Below, one piece after another: positions 32,048 to 40,724 of a DNA stretch of 64,000 bases. Made by a program: the position numbers and the translations under genes. The DNA comes from an uncultured Desulfobacteraceae bacterium. GTDB taxonomy: Bacteria; Desulfobacterota; DSM-4660; Desulfatiglandales; Desulfatiglandaceae. The stretch's first letter is position 1, and each line of letters starts with the position of its first letter. The notes under the pieces are model-generated. The model had not been told where the DNA came from. It did not search any database and worked only from the letters and a program-made list of their open reading frames with translations. The stretch is taken from the NCBI GenBank assembly GCA_964633015.1, contig CAZWEV010000011.1:6727-70726 (forward strand). The letters run 5' to 3'.

Positions 32048-32287
32048 TCATGATGCGATGGCTTTTTGAATATAGTTAATGGCATCCTGTACCGTGCCGA
32101 TTTTTTCGGCATCCTCATCCGGAATGGAGACATCAAATTCTTCTTCCATGGCCATAATCAGTTCGACCTGGTCCAGCGAATCAGCTCCCAGGTCATCCAC
32201 AAAAGATGCCTCAGGAACAACATCTTCTTCCGAAACATTCAACTGCTCACAGATAATCTTTTTCACTTTCTCTTCGACAACTGACAT
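32048..32287 (-). CDS. acpP: acyl carrier protein
   Basis: ORF 32048..32305. [20 protein letters not shown] carries the phosphopantetheine Ser motif. ATG 32287 follows GAGGAGGA. Confidence 0.95.
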   Translation of the reverse strand: MSVVEEKVKKIICEQLNVSEEDVVPEASFVDDLGADSLDQVELIMAMEEEFDVSIPDEDAEKIGTVQDAINYIQKAIAS

Positions 32288-32349
32288 ACACAAATTCCTC
32301 CTCAATATTTTTCACAAAATGGATGCTTCCGACCGGAATTCCGGCCCCA

Positions 32350-33099
32350 TCACATGTACATTCCTCCGTTCACGTGAATAACCTGCCCGGTTATATACCC
32401 GGCAGCATCGGAGCACAACCAGTAAACCACTTCCGCCACATCTTCCGGCATTCCCATTCGTCCCAGAGGTATCTGCTGGACGAAACTCTCCCGCACTTTC
32501 TCCGGGAGAACAGCGGTCATCTCTGTGTCGATAAATCCGGGGGCCACCGCATTCACGGTAATCCCGCGCGGGGCGGCTTCCCGGGCAACGGTCTTGGTAA
32601 AGCCCATAATCCCGGCCTTGGACGCAGAGTAGTTTGCCTGTCCCGGATTTCCGATCTGCCCCACCACACTGGAAATATTCACGATGCTCCCGCGCCTCTC
32701 CTTCATCATGGCCCGAATAACGGCTTGAGTACAATTGAACACACTCTTCAGGTTCACCTGGATCACCGAGTCCCAATCCTTCTCATTCATGCGCATCAAA
32801 AGGGTGTCCCGGGTGATCCCCGCATTATTCACAAGGACATCCACCTTTCCATATTGTTCAATCACGTGCCTGAAGAAGCCGTTGACCTCCTCCCATGAAG
32901 AGACATCCAGTTTCTGACTGATTGCCTCCACCTCTTTTTTCCGCAACAAGTCCAATGTTTCATCTGCGGCTTTTTCATCCGGATCGTAGTGAACAATAAC
33001 GATCGTCGGATTTTCCGCTGCAAATCTGCTGGCGATTGCCCTCCCGATGCCCCGGGACCCGCCGGTGACCACCACGACTCTATTGCCTTGCTTCTTCAT
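32350..33099 (-). CDS. fabG: 3-oxoacyl-ACP reductase
   Basis: ORF 32350..33120 with TGGSRGIG, NNAG and YSASK motifs. Lies between plsX and acpP. Start taken at ATG 33099. Confidence 0.9.
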   Translation of the reverse strand: MKKQGNRVVVVTGGSRGIGRAIASRFAAENPTIVIVHYDPDEKAADETLDLLRKKEVEAISQKLDVSSWEEVNGFFRHVIEQYGKVDVLVNNAGITRDTLLMRMNEKDWDSVIQVNLKSVFNCTQAVIRAMMKERRGSIVNISSVVGQIGNPGQANYSASKAGIMGFTKTVAREAAPRGITVNAVAPGFIDTEMTAVLPEKVRESFVQQIPLGRMGMPEDVAEVVYWLCSDAAGYITGQVIHVNGGMYM

Positions 33100-33142
33100 T
33101 CTCTTCTCTGTCCTCAACAAAAGCTATGCGCCGGATGCGAAA

Positions 33143-34138
33143 TCAGGCCCCCCTGTTTTTCTGCAGGAGTGCCGCCATTCTCTCAAGCGTTTCATTTTCC
33201 GCATATCGTGCTGCCAGTTTGATGGCGTTCTTGATGGCCTTGGGTGAAGAACTGCCGTGACAAATAATTCCCACCCCGTTCACTCCCAGGAGCGGTGCGC
33301 CGCCGTATTCAGCGTAATCAAGTTTTTCCGCAAATCGCGTCAAAGACCGCCGCCCCAGGAGTAATGCGGTTTTTCCGGCAACGGTCCTCGTCATTTCCTG
33401 TTTCAGCATCATGGCGAAGGTTTCGGCCATGCCCTCTGTCAATTTCAGCGCGACATTTCCTACAAAACCGTCACAGACGATAATATCCACTTCACCGGCA
33501 AAAATATCCCTGCCTTCGACATTCCCCGAGAAATTGAGATTGCTCGATTCAAAAAGCTGTCGGGTCAGCCTGACCTGTTCATTGCCTTTGGTTCCTTCTT
33601 CGCCGATGCTGAGCAGACCTATTTTCGGATCTTTCACGCCGAGACAGACGCTCGCGAACGCGTGGGCCATGATCCCGAACTGAAAAAGGTGCTCCGGCCG
33701 GCAGTCCACATTCGCTCCCACATCAATCAGGACCACAGGGCCCTTCTGTCCGGGAAAAACACTCGCGATAGCCGGTCTCTCGGCGCCTTCCATCCTGCCT
33801 AGGGTCAAAACGCTCGCCGCCATGGTTGCGCCCGAGTTTCCGGCGCTCACAACAGCGGAGACTTCTTTCTTCTTCACCAGATCGAATGCCACCCGAATAG
33901 AGGCATCCTTCTTTTTCCTGACCGCCTTCAGGGGTGCTTCATCCATCCTCACCCATTCATCACAGTGATGAATGGTGAGGTTCTGCCCGCCTCTGTTGGA
34001 ATCCAGGGATTTCTCAATTAACTCCCGTTTTCCGACGAGCCTGATTTTCACTCCCAGCTCTCGAATGGCTTCCAGAGTGCCTTGAACCTCCACGTCAGGG
34101 GCCCAGTCCCCACCCATGGCGTCCACGGCTATTTCCAT
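33143..34138 (-). CDS. plsX: phosphate acyltransferase PlsX
   Basis: IAVDAMGGD at the N-terminus; 331 aa. Immediately downstream of rpmF. Confidence 0.93.
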   Translation of the reverse strand: MEIAVDAMGGDWAPDVEVQGTLEAIRELGVKIRLVGKRELIEKSLDSNRGGQNLTIHHCDEWVRMDEAPLKAVRKKKDASIRVAFDLVKKKEVSAVVSAGNSGATMAASVLTLGRMEGAERPAIASVFPGQKGPVVLIDVGANVDCRPEHLFQFGIMAHAFASVCLGVKDPKIGLLSIGEEGTKGNEQVRLTRQLFESSNLNFSGNVEGRDIFAGEVDIIVCDGFVGNVALKLTEGMAETFAMMLKQEMTRTVAGKTALLLGRRSLTRFAEKLDYAEYGGAPLLGVNGVGIICHGSSSPKAIKNAIKLAARYAENETLERMAALLQKNRGA

Positions 34139-34139
34139 G

Positions 34140-34322
34140 TTATTCCTCTTCTTTTTTCAGAATCGTCCTGCCACGGTAGGCACCACACTCCGGACAGACA
34201 TGATGCGGCAAAACCGGTTCATGGCACTGGGGACACGTGGACAAACGAGGCAGGTTCGCACGATCATGCGACCGGCGTGAATCACGTTTCGCTTTTGATT
34301 TTCTCTTCTTTGGTACCGCCAT
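34140..34322 (-). CDS. rpmF: 50S ribosomal protein L32
   Basis: MAVPKKRKSKAKRDSRRSH...CPQCHEPVLPHHVCPECGAY. Confidence 0.93.
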   Translation of the reverse strand: MAVPKKRKSKAKRDSRRSHDRANLPRLSTCPQCHEPVLPHHVCPECGAYRGRTILKKEEE

Positions 34323-34331
34323 AATTGCCTT

Positions 34332-34970
34332 TCAGCTCCTTTTCACTCTCATATTTCTTGTATGTTTCGCTCTTGGCTTCTTTCCGGTTCTCCCTGCTTC
34401 ATTCCCTTCAGACGCCGATCCGTTCCCATCGAAACGCTGGACACGCAGATTCCCGAGTTCCCGCAACTTGGAAAACCCGGGATGACCCTCTGCCGTCCCG
34501 CATTGACAGGTTTCCCGATTCAAATTCGTTCCACAGATGGGGCAGAGCCCGGCACAATCTTCCCGGCAAAGGTTTTTCATGGGTAATGCAAGGAAAACCT
34601 GTTCGCGGGTGATCTCTGCTAAATCAATAATGAGATCATCAACGAACCCTTTTTCAAGATCCTCACGGAAAAGTTCCACTTCTGTTTGGCCGTCCTCTCC
34701 CTGCCTGACAATCAACGCAAGACGGAAACCGGTGTCCAGATGGTATGTGTAGGATTCCAGACACCGATCACACTGAAGAACAACGTCACCCGTCAGGTGA
34801 CCGTCCAGCAGGTATTTGCTGGCGGCACTGGAAACCTCGATCCTGACATTCATCGGCGCCGCGAGACCGATCACAGAACCGTCACGGCAATTCGCTTCCC
34901 ACCAATCCGAGGTCACCAGGAATTCGAAATCTCGAACTCCGTGCAAAATACTTCGAAGGTCGATTTTCAT
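34332..34970 (-). CDS. yceD: DUF177 / YceD-family protein (23S rRNA accumulation protein)
   Basis: Occupies the conserved position upstream of rpmF. Carries CDRCL and CREDCAGLCPICGTNLN Cys motifs. It has an unusually long basic C-terminal tail. Confidence 0.8.
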   Translation of the reverse strand: MKIDLRSILHGVRDFEFLVTSDWWEANCRDGSVIGLAAPMNVRIEVSSAASKYLLDGHLTGDVVLQCDRCLESYTYHLDTGFRLALIVRQGEDGQTEVELFREDLEKGFVDDLIIDLAEITREQVFLALPMKNLCREDCAGLCPICGTNLNRETCQCGTAEGHPGFSKLRELGNLRVQRFDGNGSASEGNEAGRTGKKPRAKHTRNMRVKRS

Positions 34971-35180
34971 ACACCGCTCACCGTCTCACCGGCGAAAGGA
35001 AGCAATAACGCAAACTCCCTGTCACCACGCGAGGCCCTCTTTCAGCAGGTGGTAGCAGGACCGGGAAATAAAGTAATTAAGTATATAAGAGGCACATCTT
35101 TTGTCAAGACCCAAATGATCTCAGCAATGATCATGACCATGCAGCAACCTTGCCAGTTCCTCCAGGGTTTCTGTTTTTTG

Positions 35181-35209
35181 TTGACTTTTCTCCATTTCTT
35201 TACTATGTA
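35181..35209 (+). promoter_or_regulatory. putative sigma70-type promoter of the orphan gene 35267..36328
   Basis: TTGACT (35181-35186), 17-nt spacer, TATGTA (35204-35209). Confidence 0.35.
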
Positions 35210-35266
35210 TCTTGGTAAAATTTTTAGATAAATCCTTTACAACACACAAAGAAGGCGTCCTCTTCC

Positions 35267-36328
35267 ATGTGGAAATTCCGGGAACAGTTGGACTATTACG
35301 AACGAATACGGCGGTCCCTCTATGAACTCCTGAGAGACGAACTGGAACGCCGCCTCATGAAAATATCGCTGGTTGATTCCTTTTACAGCTATCAAAAAGC
35401 CGGGGAAGAATACAGCTTCCTCGAAAAAAGCGAACTGCGGCCGAAATCAAAAAAAATGGAAAAGGAATCCGAGCTTTTCAACACCTTTATCGTTATTTTT
35501 TACGAAGATGTCATTTCCTCGGAACTAAAAAACTATATCCGCTTTTTCCCTGAAAACAGGGTGGTCAAAAAGAATATTGAGTACCTTGCCAGTTTTTCTC
35601 TTTTCGATCGATTCAACCGGAATCTCCGCTATTTTGACAATCCGGGCTTCCTGAATCTTGTGGAAAATCTCCTCAATGTGGATTACGCATTACTCATTCA
35701 ACAGGACCCTACCGTAAAAAAAAGAAACAGGTACAGCCTCACCCATTTGCACGTGAAGGTTGACTGGCCCATTGCCGATGCGGCCGAAGACCTGGCAAAA
35801 TGGCTCAAGTACATCCAGAATAACCTGTATGAAAACGGAGATAAAAAGGCGAGAATTCTGCAGAATAAGCTTTTCGAATATTACGGGTGTCATCACAGCG
35901 TGGGCGGCAGGCGAACGGCAGGCTTGATTGCGGCCCAGCTCTTGAGAAAACTTGATTACGTTTCCACCGTATTCGTTTCCAGTTCAGAATCGCGGGCCAT
36001 GTATAAATATTCGGAGAGAGGGGTTTCCAAATTTTTCCTTGTTAAACTCAGCGAAAAAGAGATTAACGCGCTTGCGGGCCGGGAGTCAATGACTCCCGAG
36101 TCGTTTATCTCTCAATATGTCTACCCGGCGGGAGGTTTTTACGTGGGCATTTCCGAGGCCTGCTATACCTATACCCCGTACTCCAAACCTCCTGAAGACG
36201 GGAGGCTGAGGAGGCTCTGGCCGGCCTACAACTGGTTGAAAATCTGGTTCGAATACCTCCACCCAAAAGCCGCCGCACTCCATGCCGGCCCTATCAATTA
36301 CCAATGGGTGTACAGCACGGACCTATAA
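35267..36328 (+). CDS. hypothetical protein (orphan, AT-richer than neighbours)
   Basis: 353-aa ORF and the only plus-strand gene between about 19.8 kb and 49.9 kb. Codon usage is visibly richer in AAA/TTT/AAT than the flanking genes. No motif recognised. Confidence 0.6.
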   Translation: MWKFREQLDYYERIRRSLYELLRDELERRLMKISLVDSFYSYQKAGEEYSFLEKSELRPKSKKMEKESELFNTFIVIFYEDVISSELKNYIRFFPENRVVKKNIEYLASFSLFDRFNRNLRYFDNPGFLNLVENLLNVDYALLIQQDPTVKKRNRYSLTHLHVKVDWPIADAAEDLAKWLKYIQNNLYENGDKKARILQNKLFEYYGCHHSVGGRRTAGLIAAQLLRKLDYVSTVFVSSSESRAMYKYSERGVSKFFLVKLSEKEINALAGRESMTPESFISQYVYPAGGFYVGISEACYTYTPYSKPPEDGRLRRLWPAYNWLKIWFEYLHPKAAALHAGPINYQWVYSTDL

Positions 36329-36401
36329 CCGCATCTTTCTCACCGGGTATCTTACCCCCAACCGCCTTTGCACAATTTAAACATGAAGATGAAACGAACC
36401 C

Positions 36402-36611
36402 GAATGACAAATATCAAAGCCCAAATTTCAAATGAATGTCAAATGACAAATGCAAAAACTGTGCTCTCCCCGGCTATCCAATGATCCAAACTCAGGCCAT
36501 TGGTGGACGTTCCTAACGCCAAGTGACTCATGGCCGATCCTTCTTTTCGAATGTTTTGCCACTGGGATTTTGGATTTGATTTGGCATTTGGATTTTGTTA
36601 TTTGGTCATTC
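36402..36611. repeat. MITE-like element with CAAAT/ATTTG-rich terminal inverted repeats
   Basis: Left arm (36402-36457) is GAATGACAAATATCAAAGCCCAAATTTCAAATGAATGTCAAATGACAAATGCAAAA. The right arm (36564-36611) reverse-complements to GAATGACCAAATAACAAAATCCAAATGCCAAATCAAATCCAAAATCCC. The outermost 7 nt GAATGAC/GTCATTC pair perfectly. The unique core is about 106 nt. Confidence 0.55.
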
Positions 36612-36828
36612 TTTTTCCATACCAGATATCCGCTTCCCTGTCCCGCGTGAGCAGATATGTCTCTGCATCCCCGGCAAGCACCTTGAAATAGTCATGCCGC
36701 TCACCGTACCACCGGTCAAGGATATCGTCCACCGGCAATTCCTTTTCTTCCACGTTGAACCGGAGGGGCCTTTCATTTCCCTTGTATCCGGAATACGCCC
36801 ACACCTTGATTGCTTTCTCTTCTTCCAT
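36598..36828 (-). CDS. small hypothetical protein (76 aa) downstream of the helicase
   Basis: MEEEKAIKVWAYSGYKGNERPLRFNVEEKELPVDDILDRWYGERHDYFKV... Starts 10 nt after the helicase stop on the same strand. Its last four codons lie in the right arm of the inverted repeat. Confidence 0.55.
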   Translation of the reverse strand: MEEEKAIKVWAYSGYKGNERPLRFNVEEKELPVDDILDRWYGERHDYFKVLAGDAETYLLTRDREADIWYGKRMTK

Positions 36829-36838
36829 CGTCTTCTCC

Positions 36839-38929
36839 CTACAAGAGATAGACCGGCTCTCTCAGCACTTGTTGAATCGCCTTCCTGGCGCATCTCGCCA
36901 GCGCAGGATGCGTGTCAGCAAGATTTGCCACCTGCCGCAAATGGTCGGCGGTTCTCATGATGAGAGACGCCATATCCCCTTCATCTATGGGCACGATGGA
37001 AAGGAGTTCTTCCCAGGAAATGCCCGCAGTCCACAAATACAGAGCAACCGAGGGCCAGAAAAAAATAACGGGATCGTCAAAACCCGCCCGGGATTTTCTC
37101 TTCCTCAGGGTATCAATGCTCGCAAGCACCTCATCAAAAAATACTTCCATTTCACTCCAGTCATGCTGATCATCTGCGTGCAACACAACCTCCTGGGTCC
37201 TGTCCCAGACAAACGACGCAAGTCCTCCTGCGAGCAGACTCGGACGAGCACCCGACAGCCCCTCCTTTCTGATCGCCTCCGCAATAAGCAGCGGTTGATC
37301 CAGCCGCAGTTTTGAGGCCCAGTACCCATCCTGAGTCAGGGTCCCGTCTGCTTGTACAAATCCAGTCTTCTGGAGGAAGCGCAAATGGCGCTGGAAGCTA
37401 TCCCACAGGTCATCGTCTCTTTCATTCTTCCCCGCGAACAGATGAGTCCCGGATTGTCTTCTCTGAAAAGCTGCAAAGGAACGTGCGAGTAAATCTCTTA
37501 CTTCTGCCGGGCTATGGGAAAGCAGTAAGTTCAATGTCATGGAGAAGTTGATGTGGATCTGACTTTCAATAGGTTCAGGCGATGAATCGCTGAGTTCGTG
37601 AATAAGCTGGGGGTCCTGGTGTCTTCCGGGAACAATCAACACAAAACCGATGCGGTCCTTTCCTCTTCGGCCCGCCCTTCCCACCATCTGATGCAGCTCA
37701 GTGGACGTCAGATCGGTAAATTCGCTCCCGTTGTATCGATCGCTCTGGACCAGGACAACGGTCCTCGCGGGAAAATTGACGCCGGCCGCCACTGTAGAGG
37801 TCGAAAAGATTGCCTCAAGCAATCCCATGCCCATCACCTTTTCAACAAGCACTTTCCAGTACGGCAACTGACCGCCATGATGTGACGCTACCCGGGAATG
37901 CATCAACCTGTCCACCTGGCGATGTTCCTTGAGGTGCGGGTATTTATTCAGGAATGATCGTACCACCTGCCTCATCCGTTTCCTTCCCGCTGTGGACTCC
38001 TCTATGCGCGGGCAGGTGAGCAGGGCATTATCGCAATCGGCCCGTGACTTGAGAAAAAAAATTGCGGGCAGCAGATCAAACTGACGTAATTCTTCGATAA
38101 TACTGCCATACCGTATTCTTGACGATCTGCCTTGCCGTTTTCGCCCGGGCCTGTCCATGAATTTCCTGATTTTTGGAACCAACCCCTTTCTCCCTGCCAG
38201 GGGAGAAATGAGCCCGTCCGGAAAAAGGAAAAGGAATTCCAGGGGCACAGGTCTGTCTGCTGAACGCACCACTTCTATCGATGTTCCACGGATGGTTCTC
38301 AGCCAGGTGCAGATCTCCTCGGCGTTGGATATGGTCGCTGAAAGGAGCAGCATTCTTACCCTGGGCGGCAGATAGATCAGGACCTCCTCCCACACCACTC
38401 CCCGGTCGGGATCACTGAGGTAATGGGCTTCATCCAGGATAACCAGGTCCGCCTCAAGGGTGCCGCCCTGGTGCATCACGTCGTAGAGCTGGTTCCTGAG
38501 GATCTCCGTAGTCCCCACGATAACGGGTGCGTCCGGATTTTCTTTCCGGTCTCCCGTCAAGATCCCGCAGGAGGCGCTCCCGAAGATCCGGCAGAATTCA
38601 CTGTAAATGGAATTGGAAAGGGCCTTGAGCGGAGACGCATACCAGACCTTCTTATGGCCGTCCAAGCACTCAAGGATCGCCTGTGACGCAATCCATGTCT
38701 TTCCGGCACCCGTAGGAGCGCTTACGAGGACATCATGGTGCCTGATCAGATCAAGAGCCTTTGTCTGAAATACGTCCGGTTGAAAGGGCGCCTGTTCCGG
38801 GATGCCGATTTGCCGGAAGGAATGCTGGAGTCCCGGTTCAATTCTCGGCCTTTCATAGGGGATTTCCCTCTTTCGTCGATCCCTTCCTGGTGGCCGTGTT
38901 CCCGGCCTGCTTCGGTATGTTCTTTTCAA
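36839..38929 (-). CDS. Ski2-like superfamily II DEAD/DEAH-box helicase
   Basis: Motif I APTGAGKT, Ia PLKALSN, II LDEAHY, III SAT, VI QMVGRAGRRGKD; 696 aa. The only possible start is TTG 38929, 7 nt after the upstream stop; there is no in-frame ATG before motif I. Confidence 0.85.
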   Translation of the reverse strand: MKRTYRSRPGTRPPGRDRRKREIPYERPRIEPGLQHSFRQIGIPEQAPFQPDVFQTKALDLIRHHDVLVSAPTGAGKTWIASQAILECLDGHKKVWYASPLKALSNSIYSEFCRIFGSASCGILTGDRKENPDAPVIVGTTEILRNQLYDVMHQGGTLEADLVILDEAHYLSDPDRGVVWEEVLIYLPPRVRMLLLSATISNAEEICTWLRTIRGTSIEVVRSADRPVPLEFLFLFPDGLISPLAGRKGLVPKIRKFMDRPGRKRQGRSSRIRYGSIIEELRQFDLLPAIFFLKSRADCDNALLTCPRIEESTAGRKRMRQVVRSFLNKYPHLKEHRQVDRLMHSRVASHHGGQLPYWKVLVEKVMGMGLLEAIFSTSTVAAGVNFPARTVVLVQSDRYNGSEFTDLTSTELHQMVGRAGRRGKDRIGFVLIVPGRHQDPQLIHELSDSSPEPIESQIHINFSMTLNLLLSHSPAEVRDLLARSFAAFQRRQSGTHLFAGKNERDDDLWDSFQRHLRFLQKTGFVQADGTLTQDGYWASKLRLDQPLLIAEAIRKEGLSGARPSLLAGGLASFVWDRTQEVVLHADDQHDWSEMEVFFDEVLASIDTLRKRKSRAGFDDPVIFFWPSVALYLWTAGISWEELLSIVPIDEGDMASLIMRTADHLRQVANLADTHPALARCARKAIQQVLREPVYLL

Positions 38930-38938
38930 GAGGGCAAC

Positions 38939-40561
38939 TCAAGCAACGAGTTCAGTGGACACCAGCCCCATATCCTTGAGGAGGTCCTTCATAAGATGGG
39001 GAAAATCCAGTTTCTCCAAGGCATCGACCAGATCATCCACGACCTGATCACACCCTTGAAGAATTTTTGCACCGTTCACATATACCCTTTGCAGCGCTTC
39101 CCGGGCAAACACGCGGGCACAGGCCTTGATAAAGTCCGGTGAACGGGTCTGGCCGTTACGCTGGTACACTGCCGCTTTCCTGCACAGGGCATCAGCCACC
39201 TCCAGCCAAGTCATCATATCGGCCAGTAGGAACATGATATACTGGTTTTTCGTCAGTTTGTGCTTTCTCGCGGCAAAAATAACTTCATTCATAATGAGAA
39301 GGCCACTGGCGACAACGAAGCCGGCACAATCCGGGGGGAGGGCGTTCAGTCTCTCCGACATATCCTGGTAAAATGCCCCTTTCGACTTGACCGTGCTTCG
39401 CATGCGGAACATGGAGATGATGTTCCTCTGAATCTCGCTGGTCCCTTCGTAAATAGTGAGAATTTTGACATCTCTCTTAATTTTTTCCACTTCGTATTCA
39501 CGCATATAGCCGTAGCCGCCAAAAGCCTGAATCGCATCGTTGGCAGTGGCATCGCCTGCCTCAGTGGCAAAGTATTTCGCAATGGACCCTTCCACCTGCA
39601 AGTCTTCTTCCCCGGAGTCAATTCTTCTCGCCACTTCCTCGATGTAGGCGCGGGCAGCTTCAAGCTTCACGGCGTGGGGGACCAGGAGTTGATGCGTATA
39701 CCCCTGTTTTTCCGACAGGGTGGTTCCGAACTGAACCCGCTCCTTTGAGTACCGGACAGCCCGCTCCAGGGCGGCCATGCCTCCACCGAGCCCGAAAGTG
39801 GCCACCATCAGCCGGGTATACCCGAAAACCTTGTTTGCTTCTTTAAGCCCTCGTCCCTCCTCACCGCCGATGAGGTCTTCCCGTGGGACATACAGGTCCT
39901 CCAGGCTGAGAGCACACGTGTCAGATGCTCTGATCCCGTGTTTATCTTCGTGTTTTCCCGGGGTCAGGCCTTCTGCACCTTTTTCTACAACAAAAAATGA
40001 GGGGCCTTCCGGAGTATCGGCCAAGATAGTATAGAGATCAGCAACCCCTCCGTTGGTAATAAACTGCTTCTGCCCGTTCAGCTTGTAGCCCTTGACATTC
40101 CCATCCTCATCCAGGACGCGCTCGGCCTTTGTTTTCAGGGACTGGACATTGGAACCCGCATTGGGCTCCGTCACGCCGTAGCCCACGATGAGGCCTTCTT
40201 CCGCAATCCTGGTAATGTATTTTCCCTTCTGCGCTTCGGTGGCTCCCACGCGGAGGGGGTCCATCCCCAGGCAGATGGCCAGGAAAGAGGTGGCAATCCC
40301 CAGGTCCATTTTCGCCATGCGCTCTGAAACCACTGCAACTTCTTTGGCCCCTGCCCCTAATCCTCCATAGGCCTCCGGGATAAAAATGAGATGCAGCGCC
40401 ATCTCGGGACTCAGCATGAACCGGATGAGTTCCATGGGAAAATCGCCGCTGCGGTCCATTTCGAGTTTTACCTCCAGCGGGAGTTTGTCTCTTTCCAGTT
40501 TATCAATGGTGTTCAGGACCATCTGAAACATTTCCGGATCCATTTTGCCTGCTTGTGTCAT
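38939..40561 (-). CDS. acyl-CoA dehydrogenase with a roughly 150-aa C-terminal extension
   Basis: ORF 38939..40579. Carries GYGVTEPNAGSN, QFITNGG and YEGTSEIQRN ACAD motifs. ATG 40561 lies 6 nt after GGAGGA. Confidence 0.88.
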   Translation of the reverse strand: MTQAGKMDPEMFQMVLNTIDKLERDKLPLEVKLEMDRSGDFPMELIRFMLSPEMALHLIFIPEAYGGLGAGAKEVAVVSERMAKMDLGIATSFLAICLGMDPLRVGATEAQKGKYITRIAEEGLIVGYGVTEPNAGSNVQSLKTKAERVLDEDGNVKGYKLNGQKQFITNGGVADLYTILADTPEGPSFFVVEKGAEGLTPGKHEDKHGIRASDTCALSLEDLYVPREDLIGGEEGRGLKEANKVFGYTRLMVATFGLGGGMAALERAVRYSKERVQFGTTLSEKQGYTHQLLVPHAVKLEAARAYIEEVARRIDSGEEDLQVEGSIAKYFATEAGDATANDAIQAFGGYGYMREYEVEKIKRDVKILTIYEGTSEIQRNIISMFRMRSTVKSKGAFYQDMSERLNALPPDCAGFVVASGLLIMNEVIFAARKHKLTKNQYIMFLLADMMTWLEVADALCRKAAVYQRNGQTRSPDFIKACARVFAREALQRVYVNGAKILQGCDQVVDDLVDALEKLDFPHLMKDLLKDMGLVSTELVA

Positions 40562-40724
40562 CAACAATCCTCCATCCAAAATAAGATCTTTGCTTCATAA
40601 ATGCCCGTTCGAAGGGTTGCCCTGCCACGGCGCACAGGACAGGGTGTCTCTTTTTCGATTACGAGTCTCCCGGGCTGGTTTTTTTATTGATATCGGCAGA
40701 TCCTTTTTTTGTCAATGGACATGA

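Noticed and set aside
36402-36611. A CRISPR array or tandem satellite, because of the repetitive CAAAT units.
   Set aside because: The units are only 6-8 nt with no spacers. The two blocks are inverted relative to each other. No cas genes are present.
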